From the NCBI RefSeq assembly GCF_900095195.1, contig NZ_LT606950.1, forward strand, positions 1,371,946 through 1,403,945: a stretch of DNA of 32,000 nucleotides, read 5' to 3'. Positions 10,222 through 17,397 of this stretch are shown here, one piece after another. This stretch comes from Polynucleobacter necessarius. GTDB taxonomy: Bacteria > Pseudomonadota > Gammaproteobacteria > Burkholderiales > Burkholderiaceae. Each line of letters opens with the position of its first letter. The first letter of the stretch is position 1. The position numbers and the translations under genes were made by a program. The notes below the pieces were generated by a model. It did no database searches, was not told the origin of the DNA, and saw only the letters and a list, made by a program, of their open reading frames with translations.

Positions 10222-11115
10222 TCAAAGGAAGTAGTGATCTATCAGTAAGGCTGCGAACAACAACGATAAATACGTAATGGAAAAGCGAAACGTTTTCTTG
10301 GCTAAATTATCGCTGTAGGAAATAAATAGGGCTATGGCATAAGCCAAAAAGATTATCCCTAGGATGATGGCTGAAACTAGATATACAAAACCACTCATGC
10401 CATAAATATACGGTAGCAAGGTCGCGGCTATCAGAATGAAGGTATAGAGCACAATATTGAGCAATGTAAAACGTTCGCCATGCGTAACAGGCAACATGGG
10501 TAAACCAGATTGCACATAATCATCGCGATGGTATAGAGCCAATGCCCAAAAATGGGGTGGTGTCCAAACAAAAATAATTAAAACCAAAAGCCAAGCTTCG
10601 GCCGAGAGGGTATTGGTGACTGCTGCCCAACCTAAGGCTGGAGGCATTGCACCCGATAAGCCGCCAATCACTATATTTTGCGGAGTAGCGGGCTTTAGCA
10701 GCCAGGTATAAATCACGGCATACCCTACAAAGGTGGCAAGTGTTAGCCACATAGTGAGCGGGTTACAAAAATTCCAAAGAACGATCATTCCAATCGAGCC
10801 CAGAATGATCGAGAAAACAATAATATGAAATTGGGTGACCTCACCCGTTGCCGATGGGCGCCAAGAAGTGCGCTTCATTTTGGCATCGACCGCTTGCTCA
10901 ATTAAACAATTGACAGCAAATGCCGCCCCCGCCAATAACCAAATACCAACGATACCGCCAATCAGAACGGAATACGGAACCATACCTGGTGCAGCCAAAA
11001 ACATTCCAATGACTGCACAAAAAACAGCGAGCTGCGTTACCCGTGGCTTTGTTAATACCCAGTATTGGCGCCAGCGGGGCATTGCAGCAGGTGAAGGAAT
11101 ATTTGGTGTGCTCAT
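10222..11115 (-). CDS. cyoE: protoheme IX farnesyltransferase (heme O synthase)
   Basis: UbiA-family polytopic membrane protein ([27 protein letters not shown]). I chose the start at ATG 11115 (MSTPNIP...), which forms an ATGA overlap with the ctaA stop. The track ORF extends to 11211 inside ctaA. Confidence 0.9.
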   Translation of the reverse strand: MSTPNIPSPAAMPRWRQYWVLTKPRVTQLAVFCAVIGMFLAAPGMVPYSVLIGGIVGIWLLAGAAFAVNCLIEQAVDAKMKRTSWRPSATGEVTQFHIIVFSIILGSIGMIVLWNFCNPLTMWLTLATFVGYAVIYTWLLKPATPQNIVIGGLSGAMPPALGWAAVTNTLSAEAWLLVLIIFVWTPPHFWALALYHRDDYVQSGLPMLPVTHGERFTLLNIVLYTFILIAATLLPYIYGMSGFVYLVSAIILGIIFLAYAIALFISYSDNLAKKTFRFSITYLSLLFAALLIDHYFL

Positions 11116-12215
11116 AATGACTTCCAGGATGCCCAATGGCTCATTCTGACCAAGCAGAATACCAAAGCTGCTGAGCCTGCAGTATGAAGCAACGCCGCCA
11201 CCAATGGCCACTGAAAAATGACATTCGAAATTCCCGTCAGAATTTGTAGAGCCAACAGGCTAAATAGCAGTCTAGCAAAGCGCCTCAAACCTGGTGTCGC
11301 CTGGGTCGATAGCTGTAATGTCCTCCAACCCAGTATTGAAAAAATCAACAACACCATCATTGCGAATACGCGATGCACCCAATGAATAGTCTGCAGCGCA
11401 ACCGGGGAAATAAACTTGCCTTGAGCATTTAAACCCAGCTCACGCCAAAGCGCAAAGCCTTCTGTCCAATTTGTTTCAGGCCAAGCAGCTCCTAAACACG
11501 TTGGAAAATCTGGACAGGCCAGTACTGCGTAATTGGTGCTTACCCAAGCCCCCAAGAAAATTTGAATAGTTAACACGATAAAGGCTATCAACAACCAAGC
11601 ACTAGACAATGGCCTAACTTTTAAGGTGCGTACTGCAGCAATTTTTGGCTCCCATTCTTGCTGTGCATACGCAGTCAAACCCGCAAACAATACAAGGGCA
11701 AGCATCAAATGGAGGGTGACAATAATGGGTTGCAATTTTAGTGTTACTGTCCAGGCGCCAAAGGCCCCTTGAAGACATACCAATATCAGTAAACCCAAAC
11801 TTCCCAGAAAAGGTCCTTTCCCAAGACTCTTCACTTTGCTCCATGCCAAGGCCACCTGGACCAATATCAATGCACCTACAATCATCGCCAAATACCGATG
11901 AATCATTTCAATCCAAGCCTTCATGACTGTGACTGGGCCCGTAGGCAAAGCACTTTCTGCTTGCTGAATTTCAGTTATGGCACGTAATGGATTAGACGCT
12001 CCATAACAACCGGGCCAATCTGGACAACCTAAACCGGAGTCTGTTAAACGCGTAAAGGCACCAAACACAATTAAATCAAAGGTCATAAACACCAAGACCC
12101 AATTGAGTTTTTGAAAGAAGTTGTAACCTGGTCTAGTCCAAAGATACAGCAATGGCAAACCCGCAAAAAGGATTGCAATCGCTGCAAGTTCTAGAAATAA
12201 AACTAAATTGGGCAT
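11112..12215 (-). CDS. ctaA: heme A synthase (COX15/CtaA family)
   Basis: Polytopic membrane protein with paired cysteines CPDWPGC and CPDFPTC and conserved His residues. It lies between the Sco-like gene and cyoE, with a TAATG overlap to the upstream gene. Confidence 0.88.
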   Translation of the reverse strand: MPNLVLFLELAAIAILFAGLPLLYLWTRPGYNFFQKLNWVLVFMTFDLIVFGAFTRLTDSGLGCPDWPGCYGASNPLRAITEIQQAESALPTGPVTVMKAWIEMIHRYLAMIVGALILVQVALAWSKVKSLGKGPFLGSLGLLILVCLQGAFGAWTVTLKLQPIIVTLHLMLALVLFAGLTAYAQQEWEPKIAAVRTLKVRPLSSAWLLIAFIVLTIQIFLGAWVSTNYAVLACPDFPTCLGAAWPETNWTEGFALWRELGLNAQGKFISPVALQTIHWVHRVFAMMVLLIFSILGWRTLQLSTQATPGLRRFARLLFSLLALQILTGISNVIFQWPLVAALLHTAGSAALVFCLVRMSHWASWKSL

Positions 12216-12874
12216 TACAAATTCTCGCCCTTGTGATTCAGTTTCAAGAGCTTCTCTACATCTTTCTTTAGGCTTGAAAACTCTTTGGGTGAATTCGTCA
12301 CGGGAAACACCATCATTTTTGCTGGACTGGGATCAACTAGCTGAATATCGTTACCAGCACCCTCTTTATTCAGCCAAGCATCAAATTCCACTTTTAACTT
12401 CGGGTCTGTAGGTGGTGCAACAATTATTAAGCCCGCAGCCTGCTCATCATATGCCTTCAAAACCTCTGGATCCGCTGATTTACCGTCCGTGTTCACCCAT
12501 ACCAACTGAACACGCTTACTTTCCCTGCCCATTGCAACTCGGGTTTGACGCATTAGGAATAAAGCTTCAATGCATTTTTCGTCTTTGATCGAACACTCAC
12601 CGGCTGGACGGGCCACAAGTAAAGTCCACTTACCTTGCAATGGCACACTCAACCAAGCATTGTTAAATTCTTGAGCGGGATAAACCAATGTGCCAAAGCT
12701 CGTCTTACCGCCTTCAGGCTTGATCATATAGTAGGTAAAGTAAGAAGCAATCACAGGGCTCGCACAAACCAACAAAAGCAATAGCATTTGGATTCGGCCG
12801 CGCCGAGTTCGTGCATTGATTGCTGAGGAATCTGCTTGAGAAGCCGGAATTAATAACTCTTTATCAGGATGCAC
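12215..12874 (-). CDS. uncharacterised membrane-anchored protein of the cox biogenesis operon (possible divergent Sco/thioredoxin-fold protein)
   Basis: The GTG start at 12874 is preceded by GAGG. An Arg-rich N-terminus leads into one TM helix (MLLLLLVCASPVIASYF). The soluble domain pattern GKWTLLVARPAGECSIKDEKC...RVQLVWVNTD parallels SCO1 GKVVVMFFGYTQCPDICP...KVQVLFVTVD. Confidence 0.6.
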   Translation of the reverse strand: MHPDKELLIPASQADSSAINARTRRGRIQMLLLLLVCASPVIASYFTYYMIKPEGGKTSFGTLVYPAQEFNNAWLSVPLQGKWTLLVARPAGECSIKDEKCIEALFLMRQTRVAMGRESKRVQLVWVNTDGKSADPEVLKAYDEQAAGLIIVAPPTDPKLKVEFDAWLNKEGAGNDIQLVDPSPAKMMVFPVTNSPKEFSSLKKDVEKLLKLNHKGENL

Positions 12875-13665
12875 GAGACCTCATTAACAGCGCCTCGACG
12901 CCAATATTGCCGAACACCTGTAGTCAACCAAAATATAAATCCACAAAAGGCCAAAGCAAACCACTGAAAAGCATAAGCATAATGGCGATCGACTCCAGTA
13001 GTCAGAGGAGACCATGCTCTTAAAAGACCATCTTCAACACCAGCATCTTCCTCTCGGAGGATAAATGGGGTCTGATTCCAGCCTCGCAGACGACCCTCTA
13101 TCTCTAATTGAAAATTTTGCTCAATTCTTGGCTTAGTTAAATCGCCAGACGGCTTGCCATCGCCCAACTCATAAACCCTACCAGGATTCGAGAAAACAAT
13201 GCCCTCAACATTAACAACACCTGAGGGCGTTTTCACGGGAGGTAAGGCTTCACGATTGCCATTGTTTCTGGGCGCCCAGCCGCGATTTACCCAAAGAATC
13301 TCGTCACGATGCTCCAAACGCAGGGGCACCATCAAATAAAAACCGGATTGCGAAGTGTTAACTCCGCCAACCAAAATCGGCTTTGGCCTATTGTCCAACC
13401 AAATTGCAGCCTCGGAAATGTACTGGCCCCGAGCGATCATGCGGCGCTGAGTAGCCTCCTCAAGAGTCCAAATCTGCGCATTGGCATTCAAGATAGGCAT
13501 TTGCTGTCTGGCCACTAAATTGGCTGCCTGAGTAATTTTCGTGTTTGCTCTATTTAACTGCCAAATACCTGCAGCACACTCAAGCGCAATCACTGCCAAG
13601 GCTGATACAGTAGCTACTATGCGCTTTTTTATTAAGGCGCTAAAAAGACTATTCAAAGGTTTCAA
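12850..13665 (-). CDS. SURF1 family cytochrome oxidase biogenesis protein
   Basis: N-terminal TM segment followed by GIWQLNRA, then WVNRGWAP, and a C-terminal TM with YAFQWF. The start codon is uncertain (TTG 13665 or TTG 13656, no clear SD). Confidence 0.85.
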   Translation of the reverse strand: MKPLNSLFSALIKKRIVATVSALAVIALECAAGIWQLNRANTKITQAANLVARQQMPILNANAQIWTLEEATQRRMIARGQYISEAAIWLDNRPKPILVGGVNTSQSGFYLMVPLRLEHRDEILWVNRGWAPRNNGNREALPPVKTPSGVVNVEGIVFSNPGRVYELGDGKPSGDLTKPRIEQNFQLEIEGRLRGWNQTPFILREEDAGVEDGLLRAWSPLTTGVDRHYAYAFQWFALAFCGFIFWLTTGVRQYWRRGAVNEVSCILIKSY

Positions 13666-13676
13666 GATAAGGAATT

Positions 13677-13892
13677 ATGATGAAGCGGATCATCCCCATT
13701 GTCCTACTAATGATCGTTGCTAGCTTGGGCTCAGCACTGTATTACATGATGAAGGACAGAGGTAACAGCGCCAGAATGGTTCACTCCCTCATGTTGCGCA
13801 TTGGCCTATCGGTTTTGCTATTTCTAGGAATCCTTCTGGCGCATTATTTTGGCTTAATCGAAGCCACCGGCATCAAGGTGGGCACAAACTAA
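13677..13892 (+). CDS. two-transmembrane-helix small protein of the kind found in proteobacterial cox clusters (DUF2909-like)
   Basis: 71 aa with two hydrophobic helices (IIPIVLLMIVASLGSALYY and IGLSVLLFLGILLAHYF). AAGGAA SD precedes ATGATG. It is the only plus-strand gene inside the minus-strand cox cluster. Confidence 0.7.
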   Translation: MMKRIIPIVLLMIVASLGSALYYMMKDRGNSARMVHSLMLRIGLSVLLFLGILLAHYFGLIEATGIKVGTN

Positions 13893-13922
13893 TCTTTTAA
13901 CCTAGTCGGCACTACCAGAAAC

Positions 13923-13951
13923 AAATCGGGGCATTAAGCCCCGATTTTTTA
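13923..13951. terminator. bidirectional rho-independent terminator
   Basis: AAATCGGGGC-ATTAA-GCCCCGATTT is a perfect 10-bp stem. T6 follows on the plus strand, after the small two-TM gene. TTTGTTTCT follows on the minus strand, after coxC. Confidence 0.8.
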
Positions 13952-13957
13952 TTCTCA

Positions 13958-14812
13958 TTACATCCAATAAACCGCGATATATAAACCCAGCCAAACTACG
14001 TCTACAAAGTGCCAATACCAAGCGGCACCCTCAAAAGCAAAGTGGTGGTTAGCGGTAAAGTCGCCGCGAATCATACGACGCAAAACAATCGCCAGCATGG
14101 TGCCGCCAAGGAATACGTGGAAGCCGTGGAAGCCGGTCAACATGAAAAAAGTGGAGCCGTAGATACCTGAAGTCAGCTTCAAGTTCAATTCATAATATGC
14201 ATGGTAGTACTCATACACCTGAAAGCCCAAAAAGATCGCACCCAACAGGACTGTTGCGGCCAAGAAATTAATGGCTTTCTTGATGTGGTTTTCTACTAAA
14301 ACATGGTGTGCAATAGTGATGGTCACACCAGAACTTAACAACAATAAAGTGTTAACTGTTGGAATTGGCCATGGACCCATAGTGGTGAATTTCTCGACCA
14401 ATCCAGCAGGACCATCATTTGGCCAAACCGCCTGGAAATTAGGCCAAATTAATTTACTTTCAACTTCACCTATCCAAGGCATTGCGATATTACGTGCATA
14501 GAACAACGCAGCAAAAAGCGCGCCAAAGAACATGATTTCAGAGAAGATGAACCATGCCATCGACCAACGATAGGAGATGTCAACGTTAACGCCATTCTTA
14601 CCAGTATTGGACTCATTAATCGTATCGCCAAACCAGTTGTACAGAACGTAGAGAATGAATGCAACTCCCGCCAAGGTTAGTGGTCCTCCCCAAGAAGCAT
14701 GATTCACCCATCCAGAAATGCCAAAGCCAAAGCCAATCAGGCCAATAGCAGCCATGACCGGGTGTCTAGACAGTCCAGGGACAAAATAGTGTGGGGTTGA
14801 ATTAGATGACAT
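13958..14812 (-). CDS. coxC: cytochrome c oxidase subunit III
   Basis: Seven-TM subunit III sequence ending HFVDVVWLGLYIAVYWM. ATG 14812 (MSSNSTPHYF) is preceded by AGAGAGAA and is preferred over the TTG at 14830. Confidence 0.93.
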   Translation of the reverse strand: MSSNSTPHYFVPGLSRHPVMAAIGLIGFGFGISGWVNHASWGGPLTLAGVAFILYVLYNWFGDTINESNTGKNGVNVDISYRWSMAWFIFSEIMFFGALFAALFYARNIAMPWIGEVESKLIWPNFQAVWPNDGPAGLVEKFTTMGPWPIPTVNTLLLLSSGVTITIAHHVLVENHIKKAINFLAATVLLGAIFLGFQVYEYYHAYYELNLKLTSGIYGSTFFMLTGFHGFHVFLGGTMLAIVLRRMIRGDFTANHHFAFEGAAWYWHFVDVVWLGLYIAVYWM

Positions 14813-14841
14813 CGTATTCTCTCTGTTCAATCAAAAAATAA

Positions 14842-15036
14842 TCAATGGGATACAACTGCTTTCACGATCAACAGCAGGACGGCCATAAAAATCAAGGCTC
14901 CAACCACTCCCGCAATGATAATGTGCACAAAACTTAATGACGCTACATCTTCCTGCAAACCTGCCTGCTTACGCACTCCCAAAAAACCCCATAGAACGGC
15001 TTTCATAGACTGCATAAACGTACTTTTTTTCTTCAT
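14842..15036 (-). CDS. DUF2970-type small membrane protein
   Basis: 64 aa with LWGFLGVRKQ followed by a single TM helix. It has an ATGA overlap with the ctaG stop and sits in the conserved slot between ctaG and coxC. Confidence 0.7.
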   Translation of the reverse strand: MKKKSTFMQSMKAVLWGFLGVRKQAGLQEDVASLSFVHIIIAGVVGALIFMAVLLLIVKAVVSH

Positions 15037-15617
15037 GATGCCAGCCTTGGCTTAGGTGCTGGTGGCGTACCGCCCAGGCCCAACTCAAAAAAGGTGTAGG
15101 ACAGGGTGATGGTTTTCACATCATCCGGCAATCCAGCATCAATCACAAAAAGGACTGGCATCTTCTTTGTTTCTTTTGCTGCTAATGTTTGCTCTTGGAA
15201 ACAAAAGCACTCTAATTTAGTAAAAAACTCTGTCGCACTTTTAGGCGCATAACTTGGGATCGCTTGAGCTCTAATAGGGCGATTCTGATTATTGGTTACT
15301 TCATAAACAATCTCAGTCATTTCTCCGGGATGCACTTCCAAAAAATTTTTTACTGGCTTAGAAGTAAATGGGCCTCGGCTATTTGAATCAAACTCAATGG
15401 TGACGGTACGAGCATAGTTAACTTGAGTATTGCCAACTTTGTTAGGACTAAATGCTCTGATTCCATAATCATTCTTATTGGTGACAACATTAATACCAGT
15501 CACTTCGCAAAGGGCTTTGTACATGGGGACTAATGCATATCCAAAGCCAAACATCATCACTGCCGCAATTAAGAGCTTGATCAGAATTTGACGATTCAGT
15601 GACTGTGTAGCAACCAT
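15033..15617 (-). CDS. ctaG: cytochrome c oxidase assembly protein CtaG/Cox11 (CuB insertion)
   Basis: N-terminal TM anchor and the Cox11 copper motif CFCF (KLECFCFQEQ). Confidence 0.9.
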   Translation of the reverse strand: MVATQSLNRQILIKLLIAAVMMFGFGYALVPMYKALCEVTGINVVTNKNDYGIRAFSPNKVGNTQVNYARTVTIEFDSNSRGPFTSKPVKNFLEVHPGEMTEIVYEVTNNQNRPIRAQAIPSYAPKSATEFFTKLECFCFQEQTLAAKETKKMPVLFVIDAGLPDDVKTITLSYTFFELGLGGTPPAPKPRLAS

Positions 15618-15631
15618 TGCAATCTCAGGTG

Positions 15632-15706
15632 TTAGCCCAATAAGCTCCGTTTAATCACAATACCAATAAAGAAAGTCAGCACAATACTCAGCAAAACAAA
15701 CCCCAT
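15632..15706 (-). CDS. candidate 24-aa single-TM mini-protein between coxA and ctaG
   Basis: It is below the track's size cutoff. ATG GGG TTT ... GGC TAA translates to MGFVLLSIVLTFFIGIVIKRSLLG. The in-frame upstream codons (NKPHPAIVRR) carry no canonical start. The position matches small assembly proteins I recall in Burkholderiales cox clusters, which I have not verified. Confidence 0.35.
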   Translation of the reverse strand: MGFVLLSIVLTFFIGIVIKRSLLG

Positions 15707-15737
15707 CCTGCGAACAATCGCAGGATGGGGTTTGTTT
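15694..15737 (-). terminator. terminator-like or attenuator hairpin immediately after coxA
   Basis: The stem is a perfect 19 bp, AAACAAACCCCATCCTGCG / CGCAGGATGGGGTTTGTTT, with a 6-nt loop. On the minus strand a 12-bp GC-rich core is followed by TTTGTTTTGCTG. The hairpin starts 10 nt after the coxA stop. Confidence 0.5.
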
Positions 15738-15747
15738 ACTTAAAGCA

Positions 15748-17355
15748 TTAGATCCCTGCTTCACGCATTTGCTCAGCGTTAGGTGGAGTCTCAAAAGTAT
15801 GGTGGGGCGCTGGAGAAGATACAGTCCACTCTAAGCCTTTTGCGCCATCCCATGGCTTCATCGTCGCTTTTTCACCTTGGCCACGAGAGGCGGGCAATAC
15901 AACGAAGAGCAAAAAGTAGACCTGAGCCAAACCAAAACCCAAGGCGCCGATTGAAGCAATCATGTTGAAGTCAGCAAACTGAGTTGGGTAGTCAGCATAA
16001 CGACGTGGCATACCAGCTAAGCCCAAGAAATGCATTGGAAAGAAAGTGATATTAAAGAAAATCATGGAAGCCCAGAAGTGGATCTTGCCGCGAGTCTCGC
16101 TAGCCATATATCCAGTCCATTTTGGACACCAGTAGTAGAAACCGGCAAACATGGCGAACAATGAGCCCGCAACCAATACATAGTGGAAGTGAGCCACTAC
16201 GTAATACGTGTCTTGAATACCAATATCAATCGGTGCCATTGCGCAAATCAAGCCTGTAAAGCCACCCATTGTGAACACGAAGATAAATCCGATTGACCAC
16301 AACATCGGGGTTTCAAAAGTCATTGACCCTTTCCACATCGTTGCAACCCAGTTGAAAATCTTCACACCAGTTGGAACAGCAATCAACATCGTTGCATACA
16401 TGAAGAACAATTGGCCAGTAACTGGCATACCTGTTGCAAACATGTGGTGAGCCCAAACGATGAATGACAAGATCGCGATCGATGCGGTCGCATACACCAT
16501 CGAGCTGTAGCCAAACAATGTTTTTCTGGAGAACGCTGGCACGATTTCACTAATGATTCCGAATGCAGGAAGAATCATGATGTAAACCTCTGGGTGCCCA
16601 AAGAACCAGAAAATGTGCTGGAACATAATTGGGTCACCACCACCAACGGCTGAGAAGAAAGAGGTGCCAAAATGACGGTCAGTCAAGACCATCGTAATGG
16701 CGCCTGCCAATACCGGCATCACAGCAATCAACAAATAGGCAGTAATCAACCAAGTCCAACAGAACATTGGCATCTTCATCAATGTCATGCCAGGAGCACG
16801 CATATTCAAAATGGTGACGATGATGTTGATCGACCCCATAATGGAGGAGGCACCTAGTAAGTGGAGCGAGAAAATCGCCATGTCCATGCCAGGACCCATT
16901 TGGGAGGTCAACGGTGCATAGATAGTCCAACCGCCCGCAGGAGCGCCGCCAAGAACTAAGAAGGAGCTCAATAACAAGGTTGCAGCCACTGGAAGAATCC
17001 AGAAGCTAAAGTTATTCATACGCGCAAACGCCATATCGGATGCGCCAATTTGCAACGGCACCATCCAGTTTGCGAAACCAACGAAAGCCGGCATGATCGC
17101 ACCGAACACCATCACGAGACCGTGCATCGTGGTTAGCTGATTGAAAAACTCTGGACGCAAGAATTGCAAACCAGGCTGGAACAATTCCAAACGAATTCCC
17201 AAAGCCATCACACCGCCAGCCAACAAACTGACAAACGAGAAGATCAAATACATTGTTCCAATATCTTTGTGATTGGTTGCAAACAACCAACGACGCCAAC
17301 CATGTGGCGTGTGATCATCGTGTGCGTGATCGTGGGTAGTAGAGACTGTGCTCAT
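15748..17355 (-). CDS. coxA: cytochrome c oxidase subunit I
   Basis: Heme-copper oxidase subunit I of 535 aa, with WFFGHPEVYIMILPAFG and the VWAHHMF CuB/heme ligand regions. Confidence 0.97.
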   Translation of the reverse strand: MSTVSTTHDHAHDDHTPHGWRRWLFATNHKDIGTMYLIFSFVSLLAGGVMALGIRLELFQPGLQFLRPEFFNQLTTMHGLVMVFGAIMPAFVGFANWMVPLQIGASDMAFARMNNFSFWILPVAATLLLSSFLVLGGAPAGGWTIYAPLTSQMGPGMDMAIFSLHLLGASSIMGSINIIVTILNMRAPGMTLMKMPMFCWTWLITAYLLIAVMPVLAGAITMVLTDRHFGTSFFSAVGGGDPIMFQHIFWFFGHPEVYIMILPAFGIISEIVPAFSRKTLFGYSSMVYATASIAILSFIVWAHHMFATGMPVTGQLFFMYATMLIAVPTGVKIFNWVATMWKGSMTFETPMLWSIGFIFVFTMGGFTGLICAMAPIDIGIQDTYYVVAHFHYVLVAGSLFAMFAGFYYWCPKWTGYMASETRGKIHFWASMIFFNITFFPMHFLGLAGMPRRYADYPTQFADFNMIASIGALGFGLAQVYFLLFVVLPASRGQGEKATMKPWDGAKGLEWTVSSPAPHHTFETPPNAEQMREAGI

Positions 17356-17397
17356 AAATTACTCCGGTTTTGTTTTATCTGTATTCGTTAATCTAAA

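Noticed and set aside
9937-10248. 103-aa and 79-aa plus-strand ORFs lie antisense to the SCO1 gene.
   Set aside because: These are shadow ORFs opposite a strongly supported CDS, with no motifs or ribosome-binding sites.
10835-11149. A 104-aa plus-strand ORF lies antisense to cyoE.
   Set aside because: It is a shadow frame of a hydrophobic membrane-protein gene, with the biased composition expected for an antisense reading.
11116-11211. The track ORF for cyoE has a 32-codon N-terminal extension ([13 protein letters not shown]...).
   Set aside because: It would overlap ctaA by 100 nt. The internal ATG at 11115 gives the expected heme O synthase N-terminus and a classic ATGA stop-start junction with ctaA.
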